Counted from the first letter of the stretch, positions 1 through 8,994 are shown. The stretch is DNA of 64,000 nt from Arachnia sp. (GCA_047602285.1 JASGHR010000001.1:1326638-1390637), one strand, 5' to 3'. Numbers and translations are program-made. The notes: generated by a model not told the origin, from the sequence alone.

Positions 1-928
1 CGACAGCGCGAAGGCGTGGGTCGACCTGATGGAGCGGCTCGCCGGCCCCAGCCGGCTCTGGAACACGGGCTTCCAGCTGGGCGACTGGCTGGACCCGACG
101 GCCCCGCCCGAGGCCCCCGATCAGGCCGCCACGGACCGTCACCTCGTCGCCACCGCCTACTTCGCCCACTCCGCGCGCCGTCTCGGCGACACCGCGCAGG
201 TGCTGGGCCGCACGGCCGACGCCGAGCGCTACGCCCGGCTGGCCGGCGAGGTGACGGCGGCCTTCCGCGCCGAGTACACGCGCCCGGACGGCTTGATGAC
301 CAGCGATGCCCAGACGGCCTATGCCCTGGCCATCGAGTTCGGGCTCTTCGCCGACGATGCGGAGCGCGACCGGTGGGGTGATCGCCTCGCCGCGCTCGTC
401 CGGGGCAGCGGGCACCGGATCAGCACGGGTTTCGCCGGCACGCCGGTCATCTGCGATGCGCTCACGCATACCGGCCACCTCGACGATGCCTACGGGCTGC
501 TGCTGGAGCGCGCGTGCCCGTCGTGGCTGTACACGGTGCTCTCCGGCGGCACCACCATCTGGGAGCGGTGGGACAGTCTGATGCCCGACGGCACGGTGAA
601 TCCCGGCGAGATGACGTCGTTCAACCACTACGCGCTGGGCGCGGTGGCGGACTGGCTGCATCGGAGCGTCGCGGGGATCGCGCCGCTCGAGCCCGGCTAT
701 CGCGCCATCGAGTTCCGCCCTCGCCCGGGCGGCGGGTTGACGCATGCGAGCGCCTCGCTGGAGACGCCGTACGGCACGGCGTCGGTGGCGTGGCGGCTGG
801 ACGGCAGCATGCTCGTCGTCGCCGGCGCCGTCCCGACGGGGTCGCGCGGGGTGGTCGTCCTGCCCGACGGCACCGTCCAGGAGGTGTCGTCAGGCCCGTT
901 CGAGGTGGTGTCGGGCGCCGGGCGTTAG
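1..928 (+). CDS. alpha-L-rhamnosidase (GH78), C-terminal fragment; 5' end lies outside the window
   Basis: The frame is open to the window edge. The translation has ...GGTTIWERWDSLMPDG...FNHYALGAVADWLH..., typical of the C-terminal half of bacterial GH78 enzymes. Stop TAG at 926-928. Confidence 0.7.
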   Translation, partial: DSAKAWVDLMERLAGPSRLWNTGFQLGDWLDPTAPPEAPDQAATDRHLVATAYFAHSARRLGDTAQVLGRTADAERYARLAGEVTAAFRAEYTRPDGLMTSDAQTAYALAIEFGLFADDAERDRWGDRLAALVRGSGHRISTGFAGTPVICDALTHTGHLDDAYGLLLERACPSWLYTVLSGGTTIWERWDSLMPDGTVNPGEMTSFNHYALGAVADWLHRSVAGIAPLEPGYRAIEFRPRPGGGLTHASASLETPYGTASVAWRLDGSMLVVAGAVPTGSRGVVVLPDGTVQEVSSGPFEVVSGAGR

Positions 929-1671
929 TTTCCGGCCAGCCAGTCGACGGCCTGCCCGAAGAGCGGGCCGTAGCCGGCCCAGTCCATGAATTCCTGCGGG
1001 GCCCAGTGCGGGGAAATGTCGGAGGCGTAGGCGAGCGTGCGGCCCTGGCCCACCTCGCGGACCACGAGCAGCGGGCGGCCCTCGACCTCGGCGAGCACCG
1101 TCGCGTCGTCGCGCGCGGTGAGCTTCTGGTAGCCGAGGATGGCGGGCCACTGCTGGTCGAGCCCGGCGGTGACGGGATGCGCGACGTCGGTGAGTGTCCC
1201 CTCGACGCCCTCCGGGGTCTCGACGCGGTCGTCGTACGGCAGGATCGTGACCGGCAGCACCTCCTCGACGGGGGTGTCGAAGAAGTTCGCCTTGGCCTGG
1301 AAGCCCTGGAAGCTGAGGTAGCCGCCGGCCATCATCAGGCCGCCGCCGCGGTGCACCCACTCGCGCAGCAGCTTCAGCCGGTTCGGCGCCCGCCGTCCCT
1401 CCTCGAACACCACCGGCGGCAGCAGCAACGTGTTGGCCCCGACGTCGGAGAGGATGACCACGTCGTAGGCGTCCAGCTCCTCGAGCGTCAGCGGGAAGAA
1501 CTCCGCGACGTCATGCGAGCGCAGGTGTGTGACGTCGTGCCCCTCGCGTGCGAGCGCCGCAAGCAGAGCCGCGCACCCGATATGCACCTGGGTGTGCGGG
1601 AAAGCGTCGTAGCCCTTGTGGTCGATGACCGCGCTGACCCACGATTCGCCTGCGAGTAGCACCTTTGCCAT
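925..1671 (-). CDS. ThuA-like / class-I glutamine-amidotransferase-like cytoplasmic protein (hypothetical)
   Basis: The 359-aa ORF was trimmed to the ATG at 1671 (MAKVLLAGESW...). The discarded N-terminal part runs through repeat block C1 and is not protein-like. Motifs LSDVGANTLLLPP and GGGLMMAGGYLSFQG support the family; the call is from memory. Its stop overlaps the convergent rhamnosidase stop (925-928). Confidence 0.5.
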   Translation of the reverse strand: MAKVLLAGESWVSAVIDHKGYDAFPHTQVHIGCAALLAALAREGHDVTHLRSHDVAEFFPLTLEELDAYDVVILSDVGANTLLLPPVVFEEGRRAPNRLKLLREWVHRGGGLMMAGGYLSFQGFQAKANFFDTPVEEVLPVTILPYDDRVETPEGVEGTLTDVAHPVTAGLDQQWPAILGYQKLTARDDATVLAEVEGRPLLVVREVGQGRTLAYASDISPHWAPQEFMDWAGYGPLFGQAVDWLAGN

Positions 1672-1699
1672 GTCTGCTCCTTGATCTGGGGACGGATGC

Positions 1700-2280
1700 C
1701 GCGTTGGACGGCAGCCTATCCTGCCTGCCCCTCGCCACCAGGCGACCCATCTCGCCCCACCGCCCCCTGAGGAGCAGCGCCGCCAGCTCACACGCGTGGA
1801 CCTTTCGACCACGGCGTTCAGCGTCACCTCACGGCTGACACAAGGAACGATCCCTGAGGAGCCATCTCGCCCACCGCCGTTCCCTGAGGAGCAGCCCCGC
1901 GAGCTAACCGGCCCCAAGCAAGAACCGTGCGGGACTGCCTCGAAGGGTCCGAACGATCCCTGAGGAGCCATCTCGCCAGGCCAACCACACCCAGCGAGAA
2001 CCATGCGAGATGGCGTCTCGAAGGGTCCGAGACGCGGTCAGGGAGACGCACCAGCATTCGCATGGAGTTTTGACGCACAACCCTGTCTTCTCTGCCCAAA
2101 TGGGCACAGACAGCGGAGTTGTGCGTCAAAATTCCATGCACCCCGACGAGAGACAGCCCAAGGCTGCGCCTCACGGCCTATCTCGCTCCACCGATCCCTG
2201 AGGAGCAGCCCCGCCAGCTCACCGACACCGAGCAAAACCTCGCGCGGGGCCGCGTCTCGAAGGGTCCGAAACCAAGCAGA
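1700..2280. repeat. Intergenic structured repeat block C1 (E1 family, reverse orientation)
   Basis: Three copies of GTCTCGAAGGGTCCGA (about 1938, 2015, 2253) are paired with CCCTGAGGAGCAGCCCCGC-type cores (about 1764, 1883, 2195). The same cores recur in six other blocks of the window. Confidence 0.85.
2061..2138. repeat. 78-nt nested hairpin H1 inside block C1
   Basis: Arms CATGGAGTTTTGACGCACAAC (2061-2081) and GTTGTGCGTCAAAATTCCATG (2118-2138) match 20/21 as reverse complements. Inner stems are CTGTCT/AGACAG and GCCCA-aa-TGGGC. Confidence 0.8.
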
Positions 2281-2333
2281 CATCGACCAACGAAGACCGC
2301 CGCCCTCTGCCCGTAGCGAGCACCGGAGCTAAG

Positions 2334-2870
2334 TTGAGGTTCATGGACCATGCGATGACGGTCGGCGCTGTGGACGTTCACTACGACGACGAGCACGGCA
2401 CTGCGCGAGCTGCGCTTGTCGTGTGCCGTGGCCTGACCTTTGCCGACGTGCAGTCCGAGCACGTGGCTGACGTCGCCCGGACGGCGCCGTACGAGCCAGG
2501 TGCGTTGTACAAGCGGGAACTGCCCTGTATCGCGGCCGTACTCGCTCTAGGACCGTCCGTCGACCTGCTGGTCATCGACGGCTACGCCACGCTGGACGCC
2601 GACGGTCGCCCCGGGCTGGGCGCGCACGCGTCCGAGGCGTTGCGCATCCCCGTTATCGGCGTGGCGAAGACGCGATTTCGCACGGCGGCGCATGCAGCCG
2701 AGGTGGTGCGCGGCGCGGGTGTCAGCCCGTTATACGTCACCACCGCGGGAGGGCTCGACATCGCCCAAGCCGCGCGGATCGTGTCCACGATGGCCGGGCG
2801 CTACCGGATCCCGGACGCCCTCCGTCGGGCCGACCGCCTCGCACGAGGCCTCATCCAACCCCGCCAGTAG
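2334..2870 (+). CDS. nfi: endonuclease V-like protein
   Basis: Motifs AVDVHYDD...ARAALVV, LLVIDGYATLDADGRPGLGAHASEAL and PVIGVAKTRF resemble the EndoV catalytic core. TTG start at 2334 follows GGAG at 5-nt spacing; ATG alternatives are at 2343 and 2355. Confidence 0.55.
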   Translation: MRFMDHAMTVGAVDVHYDDEHGTARAALVVCRGLTFADVQSEHVADVARTAPYEPGALYKRELPCIAAVLALGPSVDLLVIDGYATLDADGRPGLGAHASEALRIPVIGVAKTRFRTAAHAAEVVRGAGVSPLYVTTAGGLDIAQAARIVSTMAGRYRIPDALRRADRLARGLIQPRQ

Positions 2871-2951
2871 TACCCCGGACGGCCTACTCAGGTATCTCTC
2901 GCGGCCATGCCGAATCGACGCCTTGGGGGACGAAGGCAAAGCTCCGGCTGA

Positions 2952-3341
2952 TCACCGGCTGACCCACGGATCCTGCAACAAGGAACTGGGTTCGAAGTAC
3001 TCGCCGTCGTCCTCAGCCGCCACGCAGACGCCCGCAACCACGTACCCGTCGAACGCCCCAGCTCGAACGATGAAGATCGTCGTGTCCTCCGAGGTGAGAA
3101 GCCCGGTCTCCGTGGAGATCCCCGCGGCCTCGACCGGATCCGCTTCGGCGACGACGAGCCCCTCCAGCACGGCCGGCAACTTCATCGCCTTGACGTTCTG
3201 GAAGAGCACGTCAAGGCGGGTCGCGAAAGTCTCCGACTTGGCGCTTCGCAGCAGCAGGCGCGCCATGCCGACCGAGTAGGCCCAAACCTGGAACAGCCGA
3301 TCGGTCTGTTCGATGACGACGGCGCTCACTGTGGCACCCAT
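2952..3341 (-). CDS. hypothetical small protein (immunity-like, last gene of a 3-gene unit)
   Basis: ATG at 3341. It overlaps the upstream ORF by 16 nt. The 129-aa translation has LLLRS...RLDVLFQNV, seen in conserved actinobacterial hypothetical proteins. Confidence 0.55.
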   Translation of the reverse strand: MGATVSAVVIEQTDRLFQVWAYSVGMARLLLRSAKSETFATRLDVLFQNVKAMKLPAVLEGLVVAEADPVEAAGISTETGLLTSEDTTIFIVRAGAFDGYVVAGVCVAAEDDGEYFEPSSLLQDPWVSR

Positions 3342-3694
3342 GGATTCTCGACAGGCTCCTCACTGAGCCCCGCTGACAACAGGCTGGCCTCGATCTCCTG
3401 CATGCTCGGCCGGTAGTGGCGCCGAGGCTGCATCCGCAACTCACTCATCGTCGGCAAAGCCCGCGATGGGCCCCGGTTCCCGCCGGGCACCTCGGTCGCG
3501 CCACCTTCAAGGCCACTGGCGAGAGGCACACCGAGAGCACACAAATCGGGGAGAGCTGACAGGCCCGTCAGCACCAGCCGCTCGGCCTCCCCTGTCCCGA
3601 AGAGACGCGCGACCACCGGGGACTTCTGTCCCATGATGACCACCTCGACGCGATCCGGGAAGTGCCCGACGGCGAAGCTTAGCTGTGTGCTCAT
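3326..3694 (-). CDS. hypothetical protein
   Basis: ATG at 3694 overlaps the upstream stop (ATGA at 3691-3694). 122 aa, co-oriented with its neighbours. Confidence 0.45.
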   Translation of the reverse strand: MSTQLSFAVGHFPDRVEVVIMGQKSPVVARLFGTGEAERLVLTGLSALPDLCALGVPLASGLEGGATEVPGGNRGPSRALPTMSELRMQPRRHYRPSMQEIEASLLSAGLSEEPVENPWVPQ

Positions 3695-3942
3695 CCGTCG
3701 TATGGCTGATTGGGCTTGAGGCTGAAGCGGAGTAGGTCCTTGACCCTGGCCCTCAACGATCGCGCATCCTCCGAGGTTCCGCCGAGCCGCGTCGCGAACT
3801 CCCCCTCATCCACGGCCTCCAGCGCCTCAGTGAGCGAATTCGCCAGGAGAACCAGTTCGTCTCGTGTCGCCACGATCACAACTTCGTCGTCGAGGACCTC
3901 ATCCTCACCGACCCATGAAGAATCACGATGGAGTTGCCGCAT
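3691..3942 (-). CDS. hypothetical small acidic protein
   Basis: ORF 3691-3966 was trimmed to the ATG at 3942, which is preceded by GAGGTG at 6-nt spacing. 83 aa, acidic, with a helical-looking sequence. Confidence 0.45.
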   Translation of the reverse strand: MRQLHRDSSWVGEDEVLDDEVVIVATRDELVLLANSLTEALEAVDEGEFATRLGGTSEDARSLRARVKDLLRFSLKPNQPYDG

Positions 3943-4132
3943 CCGATTCACCTCGATCCAATTCAAGACGTAATGCTAGCCGCCGTCCCGAGCGGTCGCT
4001 TCAGCGCCCGCACCCCGCCAGCCTATGGCTACGGTGCTGCGCGCGAGGCCGAAGTCACCTCTCTGGCCAAGCCATCTGACCAGCGCTCGCGTCGGCGTGA
4101 CGCTGCTCCCGTCTTCCGCTCAGGCCGCCAGA

Positions 4133-4492
4133 CTAACCACGCCGCACGAGTCGCGAGTCGAAGCCGTTGGCGGCCTGCCCGGCCGACTCATCGGTCACGG
4201 TGAACGCGCCGCACGTGCAAACGAGCTTGCAGTCCTCCGACCACAGGATCAGTTCGACGGTCCACTGCCCTGCGGTCGCCTGGCGGGCATGAACCTCGGT
4301 CACTTCGGCGTAGGTCCACGGCTCGGGTATGGAGTTCGTGAAGTGCAAGCCGGAAACGCCGGAGCACACCAAATCGTAGGACGTAGTCACATCCCCATCG
4401 ACGACGTCGATCTGAAGCACGAGGCGGTGCGCGACAGGCTCAAAGCGGACCGACGCGAGCTGCCCGCCCCAAAGAGCGTCAGTAGTGGGCAT
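4133..4492 (-). CDS. hypothetical protein (immunity-like)
   Basis: ATG at 4492 is preceded by a perfect AAGGAGG. The 119-aa translation starts MPTTDALWGGQLASVRFEP... Confidence 0.6.
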   Translation of the reverse strand: MPTTDALWGGQLASVRFEPVAHRLVLQIDVVDGDVTTSYDLVCSGVSGLHFTNSIPEPWTYAEVTEVHARQATAGQWTVELILWSEDCKLVCTCGAFTVTDESAGQAANGFDSRLVRRG

Positions 4493-4882
4493 CAGCCACC
4501 TCCTTGAATTCAGCAACCATCGAGAGGATGCCGTTCAGCAAGGACTCATCGATACTCACAAAGCTTAGTGCAGCGTCGGTGGAGGCCTCAGGCGTTGCCG
4601 CGCACGATCAGTGGCCGGCTTGAACTCGCCTGCTCTCATGAGTGCGCCCGTTCGACGAGACCGGCAGCCCTCCGGAATCGGGTATTTCGCGCCCGCTGAG
4701 AATCAGGTATGCACTACTCTGAGTTAACCCCCGGAGGCAAGGTTGCCGAAAGAATCTGCTCTGCACCCACCCCGGGGCGATGGACGACATGATCAACGAC
4801 ATCCGAAGGGCGGCACTCGTGGCCAGCACGACAGCAACTCAGCGACACCTCGCCCTTTTCAGCGGCCAACCCAACTGACGAC

Positions 4883-5323
4883 ATGGTTTCCTGGCGAGAC
4901 GCGGCCTCCCAGCAGGCCCAAGATGATCTAGACGGTCTGCTCGGACCGGCTCTTGAATTTGCCCAACAACAGCTGGACAAGCGCGGCGAGTTCCATCCCT
5001 ACGCGGTCGTCGTCGACGTAGCTGGACAGCAGCGGATGGTCATGGCAGACATCGCCAGCAATCCGCCCGCCTCGGCTGACCTGATCACCAGACTGATCGC
5101 CGCGCTCTCGGAGGACCGTGACAGCCTGCGGGCGGCTGCGATCGTCGCCGATGTCCGGCTCCCAGAGACCGGCAGCGACGCTGTCCGCGTCACCCTGGAG
5201 CACGCCGAACATGTCGCACTCTCAGTCTTCCTGCCCTACCGACGTCGGTGGCTCGGCCGCAGGATCGACTACGGCGATCTCCAAGCGGGCGCGGCAGCAG
5301 CGCTCATCTGGCCAGGCAACTAG
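4883..5323 (+). CDS. hypothetical protein
   Basis: 146-aa ORF divergent from 4133-4492. Coding-like composition; no motif recognised. Confidence 0.5.
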   Translation: MVSWRDAASQQAQDDLDGLLGPALEFAQQQLDKRGEFHPYAVVVDVAGQQRMVMADIASNPPASADLITRLIAALSEDRDSLRAAAIVADVRLPETGSDAVRVTLEHAEHVALSVFLPYRRRWLGRRIDYGDLQAGAAAALIWPGN

Positions 5324-5410
5324 GTCGTGTTGCGAAAGTGGAAGTGGCCTACTGAACGACGCCCTGCCGCGCCGGGAAGCCGCTCACCACGGCCACCACT
5401 TCGGTAAGGA

Positions 5411-5925
5411 CACCGTTCCTTGAGCCGGCCGTGAGGCGCTAGCCGAACGCCGTGTCGAAAGGTCCCGCACCCGTCCGCCAAGTCGACCACGAGGGCAGCC
5501 CGGCTCTGTGACCACAGTCACTCTTGCTCTCAGTGCATGGATGTTCTTACGCTTCGACGAAGCGCCTCCCCACCTCACCCTCTGTCATCTCCCAGGGCGG
5601 CGGACCGCCGTCCTCCCTCACCGTGACCAACGTTGGCCAGTCTTGCGGCGGTTTCCCTGCACAAATCTCCGTATACGGGCAGCGGCGCAACTATTCGCGC
5701 GGCTGCCCATATACAAAGAATTGTGCGTGGTGGAGGGTGCGACACTGGCTCTTGGAGATAGGTCGGGCTGTGGGTTTCGGACCCTTCGAGACGCAGCCCC
5801 GCAGGATTCTCGCTCGGCGTCAGTCAGCGAGCGGGGCTGCTCCTCAGGGACCGACCGTCGTGCGCTGCTCCTCAGGGACCGGCCGTGGCCCGACCGTGGT
5901 GCGCCGCTCCCTTGGATCCCGAACT
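5411..5925. repeat. Intergenic structured repeat block C2 (E1 family, forward orientation)
   Basis: Module A variant CCGTTCCTTGAGCCGGCCGTGAGGCGCTAGCCGAACGCCGTGTCGAAAGGTCCCGC runs 5413-5468. It is followed by hairpin H2, then GGACCCTTCGAGACGCAGCCCCGC...GCGGGGCTGCTCCTCAGGGACCG (about 5779-5861). Confidence 0.85.
5659..5726. repeat. Hairpin element H2, copy 1
   Basis: GCACAAATCTCCGTATACGGGCAGC (5659-5683) faces GCTGCCCATATACAAAGAATTGTGC (5702-5726) as an imperfect inverted repeat. A better-preserved copy lies at 29829-29896. Confidence 0.75.
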
Positions 5926-6057
5926 CAGCACCCAGCCGTGGTCGTTAGAGCCGAAACCAGGGGCAAGGAGTTGCGGCAGCAAGCTCAGGGCACCCATCTC
6001 ATCGGAGGCCGACCGGGTCTGCGTGAACCACACCATTTCGGCTTTTCGCAACACGAC

Positions 6058-6648
6058 CTAGCCCAGCGCCGTCAGCCCACACTTGGCTTCCTTACGCACC
6101 CATGCACGCTCGTCGGTGAGCATCGACTCAAGCCCGGCGCGCGCTCGCGGATCCTTGAGCTTTCGCAGCGCAGCCACCGCATGACCATTCACGGCAGGAT
6201 CGTCCAGCAGCTCAAGGGCCACGTAACAGGCGTCCGGGTTCTTCGAACGCCCCAATCCGAGAACGACCATCTCGCGGTCCCGGCCGTACGAGCGTTCACG
6301 AGCCAGGGCGACTAACTCGTCGAACCACCGGTCATCCCACACCACCTCGAGGGCGTTCCCGACAATCCAGCGCAACCCGGGCTCAGTCTCGCCATCAACC
6401 TTCTTGAACTCCTCGATGAGCGGTCCCACCGCGGACGGCTTCGCCCACGGAACACTGAGAGCCCTCACCAGCTCACCCTTGACCATCCGATTCGTTGCAC
6501 GCTGCAAACTGGCAAGCAGCACGGGGATAGCATCCCGATACCTGCCTCCCGACGTCCGCAGATCAGCAATCGACGGGACGACGTAGCCCACCGCGGCCAG
6601 ATCCCGGAGGACCTCCTCCTCGCGCGGCACCGGATAGATGTACATCAC
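6058..6648 (-). CDS. HEAT-repeat protein (immunity-like)
   Basis: 196 aa with repeated helical units: ...AIPVLLASLQ..., ...VRALS..., and LLDDPAVNGHAVAALRKLKDPRARAGLESMLTDERAWVRKEA. Confidence 0.6.
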   Translation of the reverse strand: MMYIYPVPREEEVLRDLAAVGYVVPSIADLRTSGGRYRDAIPVLLASLQRATNRMVKGELVRALSVPWAKPSAVGPLIEEFKKVDGETEPGLRWIVGNALEVVWDDRWFDELVALARERSYGRDREMVVLGLGRSKNPDACYVALELLDDPAVNGHAVAALRKLKDPRARAGLESMLTDERAWVRKEAKCGLTALG

Positions 6649-6654
6649 CCCAGC

Positions 6655-6915
6655 CTAGTGATGTAGACGAACGTCCACCTGACGTCGGTCGCGTTCCCGA
6701 AGCCGGAAGACGACCTCCTCCATCGAGTCGAAAAGCTCAGGCGTGGGCAACTCGAAGAGGGCCTTCGACAGGAAGTCGTGATCCGACGAGTCCAGCTCGA
6801 TGTCCTCAGCGCTATGGACAGCTTCGGCCCAGCGTTCGAGCATGACTGGCGATAGAGCACCTTGGCTGAGCGCTTCGTGAGCTCGTCGAAGAGCGGCGCG
6901 GTCCAGGCACGACAA
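6655..6915 (-). CDS. hypothetical small protein
   Basis: 86-aa ORF, co-oriented in the array. It has a TTG start with only a weak RBS, so the boundaries are uncertain. Confidence 0.35.
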   Translation of the reverse strand: MSCLDRAALRRAHEALSQGALSPVMLERWAEAVHSAEDIELDSSDHDFLSKALFELPTPELFDSMEEVVFRLRERDRRQVDVRLHH

Positions 6916-6969
6916 AGATCCACTTGGCCGCGACTCCAGTCGTCTCGGCCTTCGAACGCTGCGTCGAGA

Positions 6970-7254
6970 TCAGGGCCCCAGGCCATACGTCGCGTCTTCC
7001 CACAGATGATCGGTGAGTTCGCGGCGAGCATCGAGGATCGCGCCGAGACCTTCAAGATCACGAATAACGTCGGGCTCGAGCCCTATGCTCCATTCGTAGA
7101 TCTGGGTGCACAGCGTCTCGAACGCTACGAGCCACTCACCTCCATCGATCAGCGACTGCACGTTACCGATGTCGTCCGGCGTGAGTCCCGCAGCTGCGTC
7201 GATCGCCTTGTGAAGTCTCACGGTCATCTCCTCAGGACCCGGTCTCGTGGTCAT
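6970..7254 (-). CDS. MafI-like immunity protein
   Basis: About 90 aa with LIDGGEWLVAFETLCTQIYEWSI, the pattern I associate with the MafI immunity family. ATGA overlap with the upstream ORF at 7251-7254; an alternative ATG is at 7227. Confidence 0.5.
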   Translation of the reverse strand: MTTRPGPEEMTVRLHKAIDAAAGLTPDDIGNVQSLIDGGEWLVAFETLCTQIYEWSIGLEPDVIRDLEGLGAILDARRELTDHLWEDATYGLGP

Positions 7255-7519
7255 CGGAGGAGCACCAAGCGCCCCTCGACCAGTCGAAACTCGTACCGAT
7301 GCCCGACCGCGTCAGAGACCACAAGAAGACCATCACTCCAAGTGGCACCATCTACCACCTCACCGAGTTCAATCCTCGACACCTCCGATGCACCGACCAA
7401 GCTACGAACCGAGGACTCGCAGACCAACAGAAGAACACTGCCACTCCGGAAGACATAGCGGATGTCGTCATCCACAGTGATAATGCGTCGGTCCGGGTCA
7501 TCCTCCCAGTCGAGAACCA

Positions 7520-8587
7520 CTAGTGTCCCGTGTTTGAAGTCTGTTTACGGTGGGCTTTGGTGAGGATGTCGTCTGCGGTTTTGGTCCACACGAATGGTTC
7601 GCAGCGTTCGTTCCAGCCATCGATGAAGGTCTCGATCGCGGTGACGAGTTCTTTGACGCTGGTGAAGGTGCCTCGGCGAATGGCTTGACGGGTGATGATC
7701 CCGAAGAAGATCTCGACCATGTTCAGCCACGACCCGGAGGTTGGGGTGAAGTGCATCGTGATCCGGGGGTTCTTCGCCAGCCAGGCCTTGATCTTGGGGT
7801 GCTTGTGCGTGGCGTAGTTGTCGGCCACCACGTGCAGCTTGACCCGAGGGTAGGTCTTCGCGGTGAGCTTGAGGAAGTCGAGGAACTCGGCATGGGTGTG
7901 GCGTTGGTAGCAGCGGTCGGTGACCTTCCCGGTCGCGACCTCGAGCGCGGCGAACAGGCTGGTGGTGCCGTTGCGGACGTAGTCGCGGGTGGCTCTTTCT
8001 GGCAACCCGGGTCGCAGCGGAAGGATCGGCGCGGTGCGGTCTAGGGCTTGGACCTGGGTCTTCTCGTCGACGCAGACCACGACCGCTTTCTCGGGCGGGT
8101 TCAGGTAGAGCCCCACCACATCGCGGACCTTTGCGTCTAGCTCGGGATCGGTGGAGAACTTGAACGTTCCACGCCGCCAGGGCTGCAGTTTCCACTTGCG
8201 CCAGATCCGGGCGACCTCACCAAAGGAGATCCCCAACTCCTGACCCAACAGCCGCGCCGACCAGTGCGTCACCCCCAACGAGGCCGGCGGCGGAGTCAAC
8301 GTCGCGACCACGACCGCGTTCTCATCGATCACCGCGGGGCGACCCGACCGAGCCAGATCACTCAACGCCTCGATACCACCGGCCTCGTAGCGAGACCGCC
8401 ACAGGTTCACCGTTGGACGCGATACCCCAACCTGCCGACCGATCTCGGTGTTCGACTCACCAGCGGCGGCCAACAATACGATCCGGGCCCGCTGGGCCAA
8501 CCCCGCCCCCACCGTCGAGGACCGGACAAGCGAGCTCAGCCTCGCCTCATCACCAGGACGCAGAACCAGCGGGGACGCTATCGACAT
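7520..8587 (-). CDS. IS630-family transposase
   Basis: The N-terminus shows the helix-turn-helix pattern ...RARIVLLAAAGESNTEIGRQVGVSRPTVNLWRSRYEAGG.... The C-terminal DDE region includes ...VVCVDEKTQVQAL..., ...LHVVADNYATHKH... and ...SGSWLNMVEIFF.... ATG at 8587. Stop TAG at 7520-7522 uses the duplicated TA. Confidence 0.85.
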   Translation of the reverse strand: MSIASPLVLRPGDEARLSSLVRSSTVGAGLAQRARIVLLAAAGESNTEIGRQVGVSRPTVNLWRSRYEAGGIEALSDLARSGRPAVIDENAVVVATLTPPPASLGVTHWSARLLGQELGISFGEVARIWRKWKLQPWRRGTFKFSTDPELDAKVRDVVGLYLNPPEKAVVVCVDEKTQVQALDRTAPILPLRPGLPERATRDYVRNGTTSLFAALEVATGKVTDRCYQRHTHAEFLDFLKLTAKTYPRVKLHVVADNYATHKHPKIKAWLAKNPRITMHFTPTSGSWLNMVEIFFGIITRQAIRRGTFTSVKELVTAIETFIDGWNERCEPFVWTKTADDILTKAHRKQTSNTGH

Positions 8588-8639
8588 ACCCCATTGTCTC
8601 AACCAACCACCGTAAACCTATTTACGACACGCGACACTA
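7521..8639 (-). mobile_element. IS630-family insertion sequence with TA target duplication
   Basis: The 1115-bp element (7523-8637) is flanked by TA at 7521-7522 and 8638-8639. The 31-nt imperfect terminal inverted repeats, GTGTCCCGTGT...TTTACGGTGG and the reverse complement of CCACCGTAAA...ACACGCGACAC, match 23/31. It carries a single transposase ORF. Confidence 0.85.
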
Positions 8640-8840
8640 GCTCCCGCGCAGACCACAGACAGACGACACCACCCACAACCTCCAGCGACACATCACACCA
8701 TCCAGCCATCGTAAAATGCCGCTCTGAGTGTCCATCAACGCAGAGGTGAACCGCAGCGGTCATACTCTGTCCACAATGAACGGCGTCAATCTCGTAGCGA
8801 CGCCCCCTGTTCTCTACGTACCTAGAATAGGTTGACCCTC

Positions 8841-8984
8841 TCATAACTGCCCCATCTGGATCGAGCCTGCATCTGCGGCCTCACGCCACGCTCCCGGCGC
8901 TATCAGCCCATAGGCGATGATGCCCCGCTTTTCCTCACCATCGACGATGATCGTCAGATTGTCTCGAGCAAGCAACGATCTCAT
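8841..8984 (-). CDS. possible 47-aa micro-ORF
   Basis: ATG at 8984 lies 11 nt after the upstream stop and is preceded by GGTGAGGGGGA. Its stop overlaps the next start (ATGA at 8841-8844). Support is positional only. Confidence 0.3.
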   Translation of the reverse strand: MRSLLARDNLTIIVDGEEKRGIIAYGLIAPGAWREAADAGSIQMGQL

Positions 8985-8994
8985 CGAATCCCCC

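Larger units (their letters stand above)
7251..8844 (-). pseudogene. small array ORF split by an IS630 insertion (N-part 8640-8844, C-part 7251-7522)
   Basis: Removing 7523-8639 (1117 nt, 1 mod 3) joins the frame of 8599-8844 to the frame of 7251-7520. The junction codon CTA (Leu) is regenerated, giving ...WSAREL-VVLDWEDDPD... and a protein of about 158 aa. Confidence 0.75.

Noticed and set aside
925-928. The four-nucleotide overlap of the convergent stop codons of the rhamnosidase and ThuA-like genes.
   Set aside because: This is real but trivial. It is a compact convergent gene end with no further structure.
2334-2870. A functional link between the EndoV-like gene and the toxin island, for example as a counter-measure to a deaminase toxin.
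   Set aside because: The idea rests on adjacency only. The gene is on the opposite strand and is separated from the array by an intergenic gap. Nothing in the Rhs tip indicates a deaminase. I treat it as a flanking housekeeping gene.
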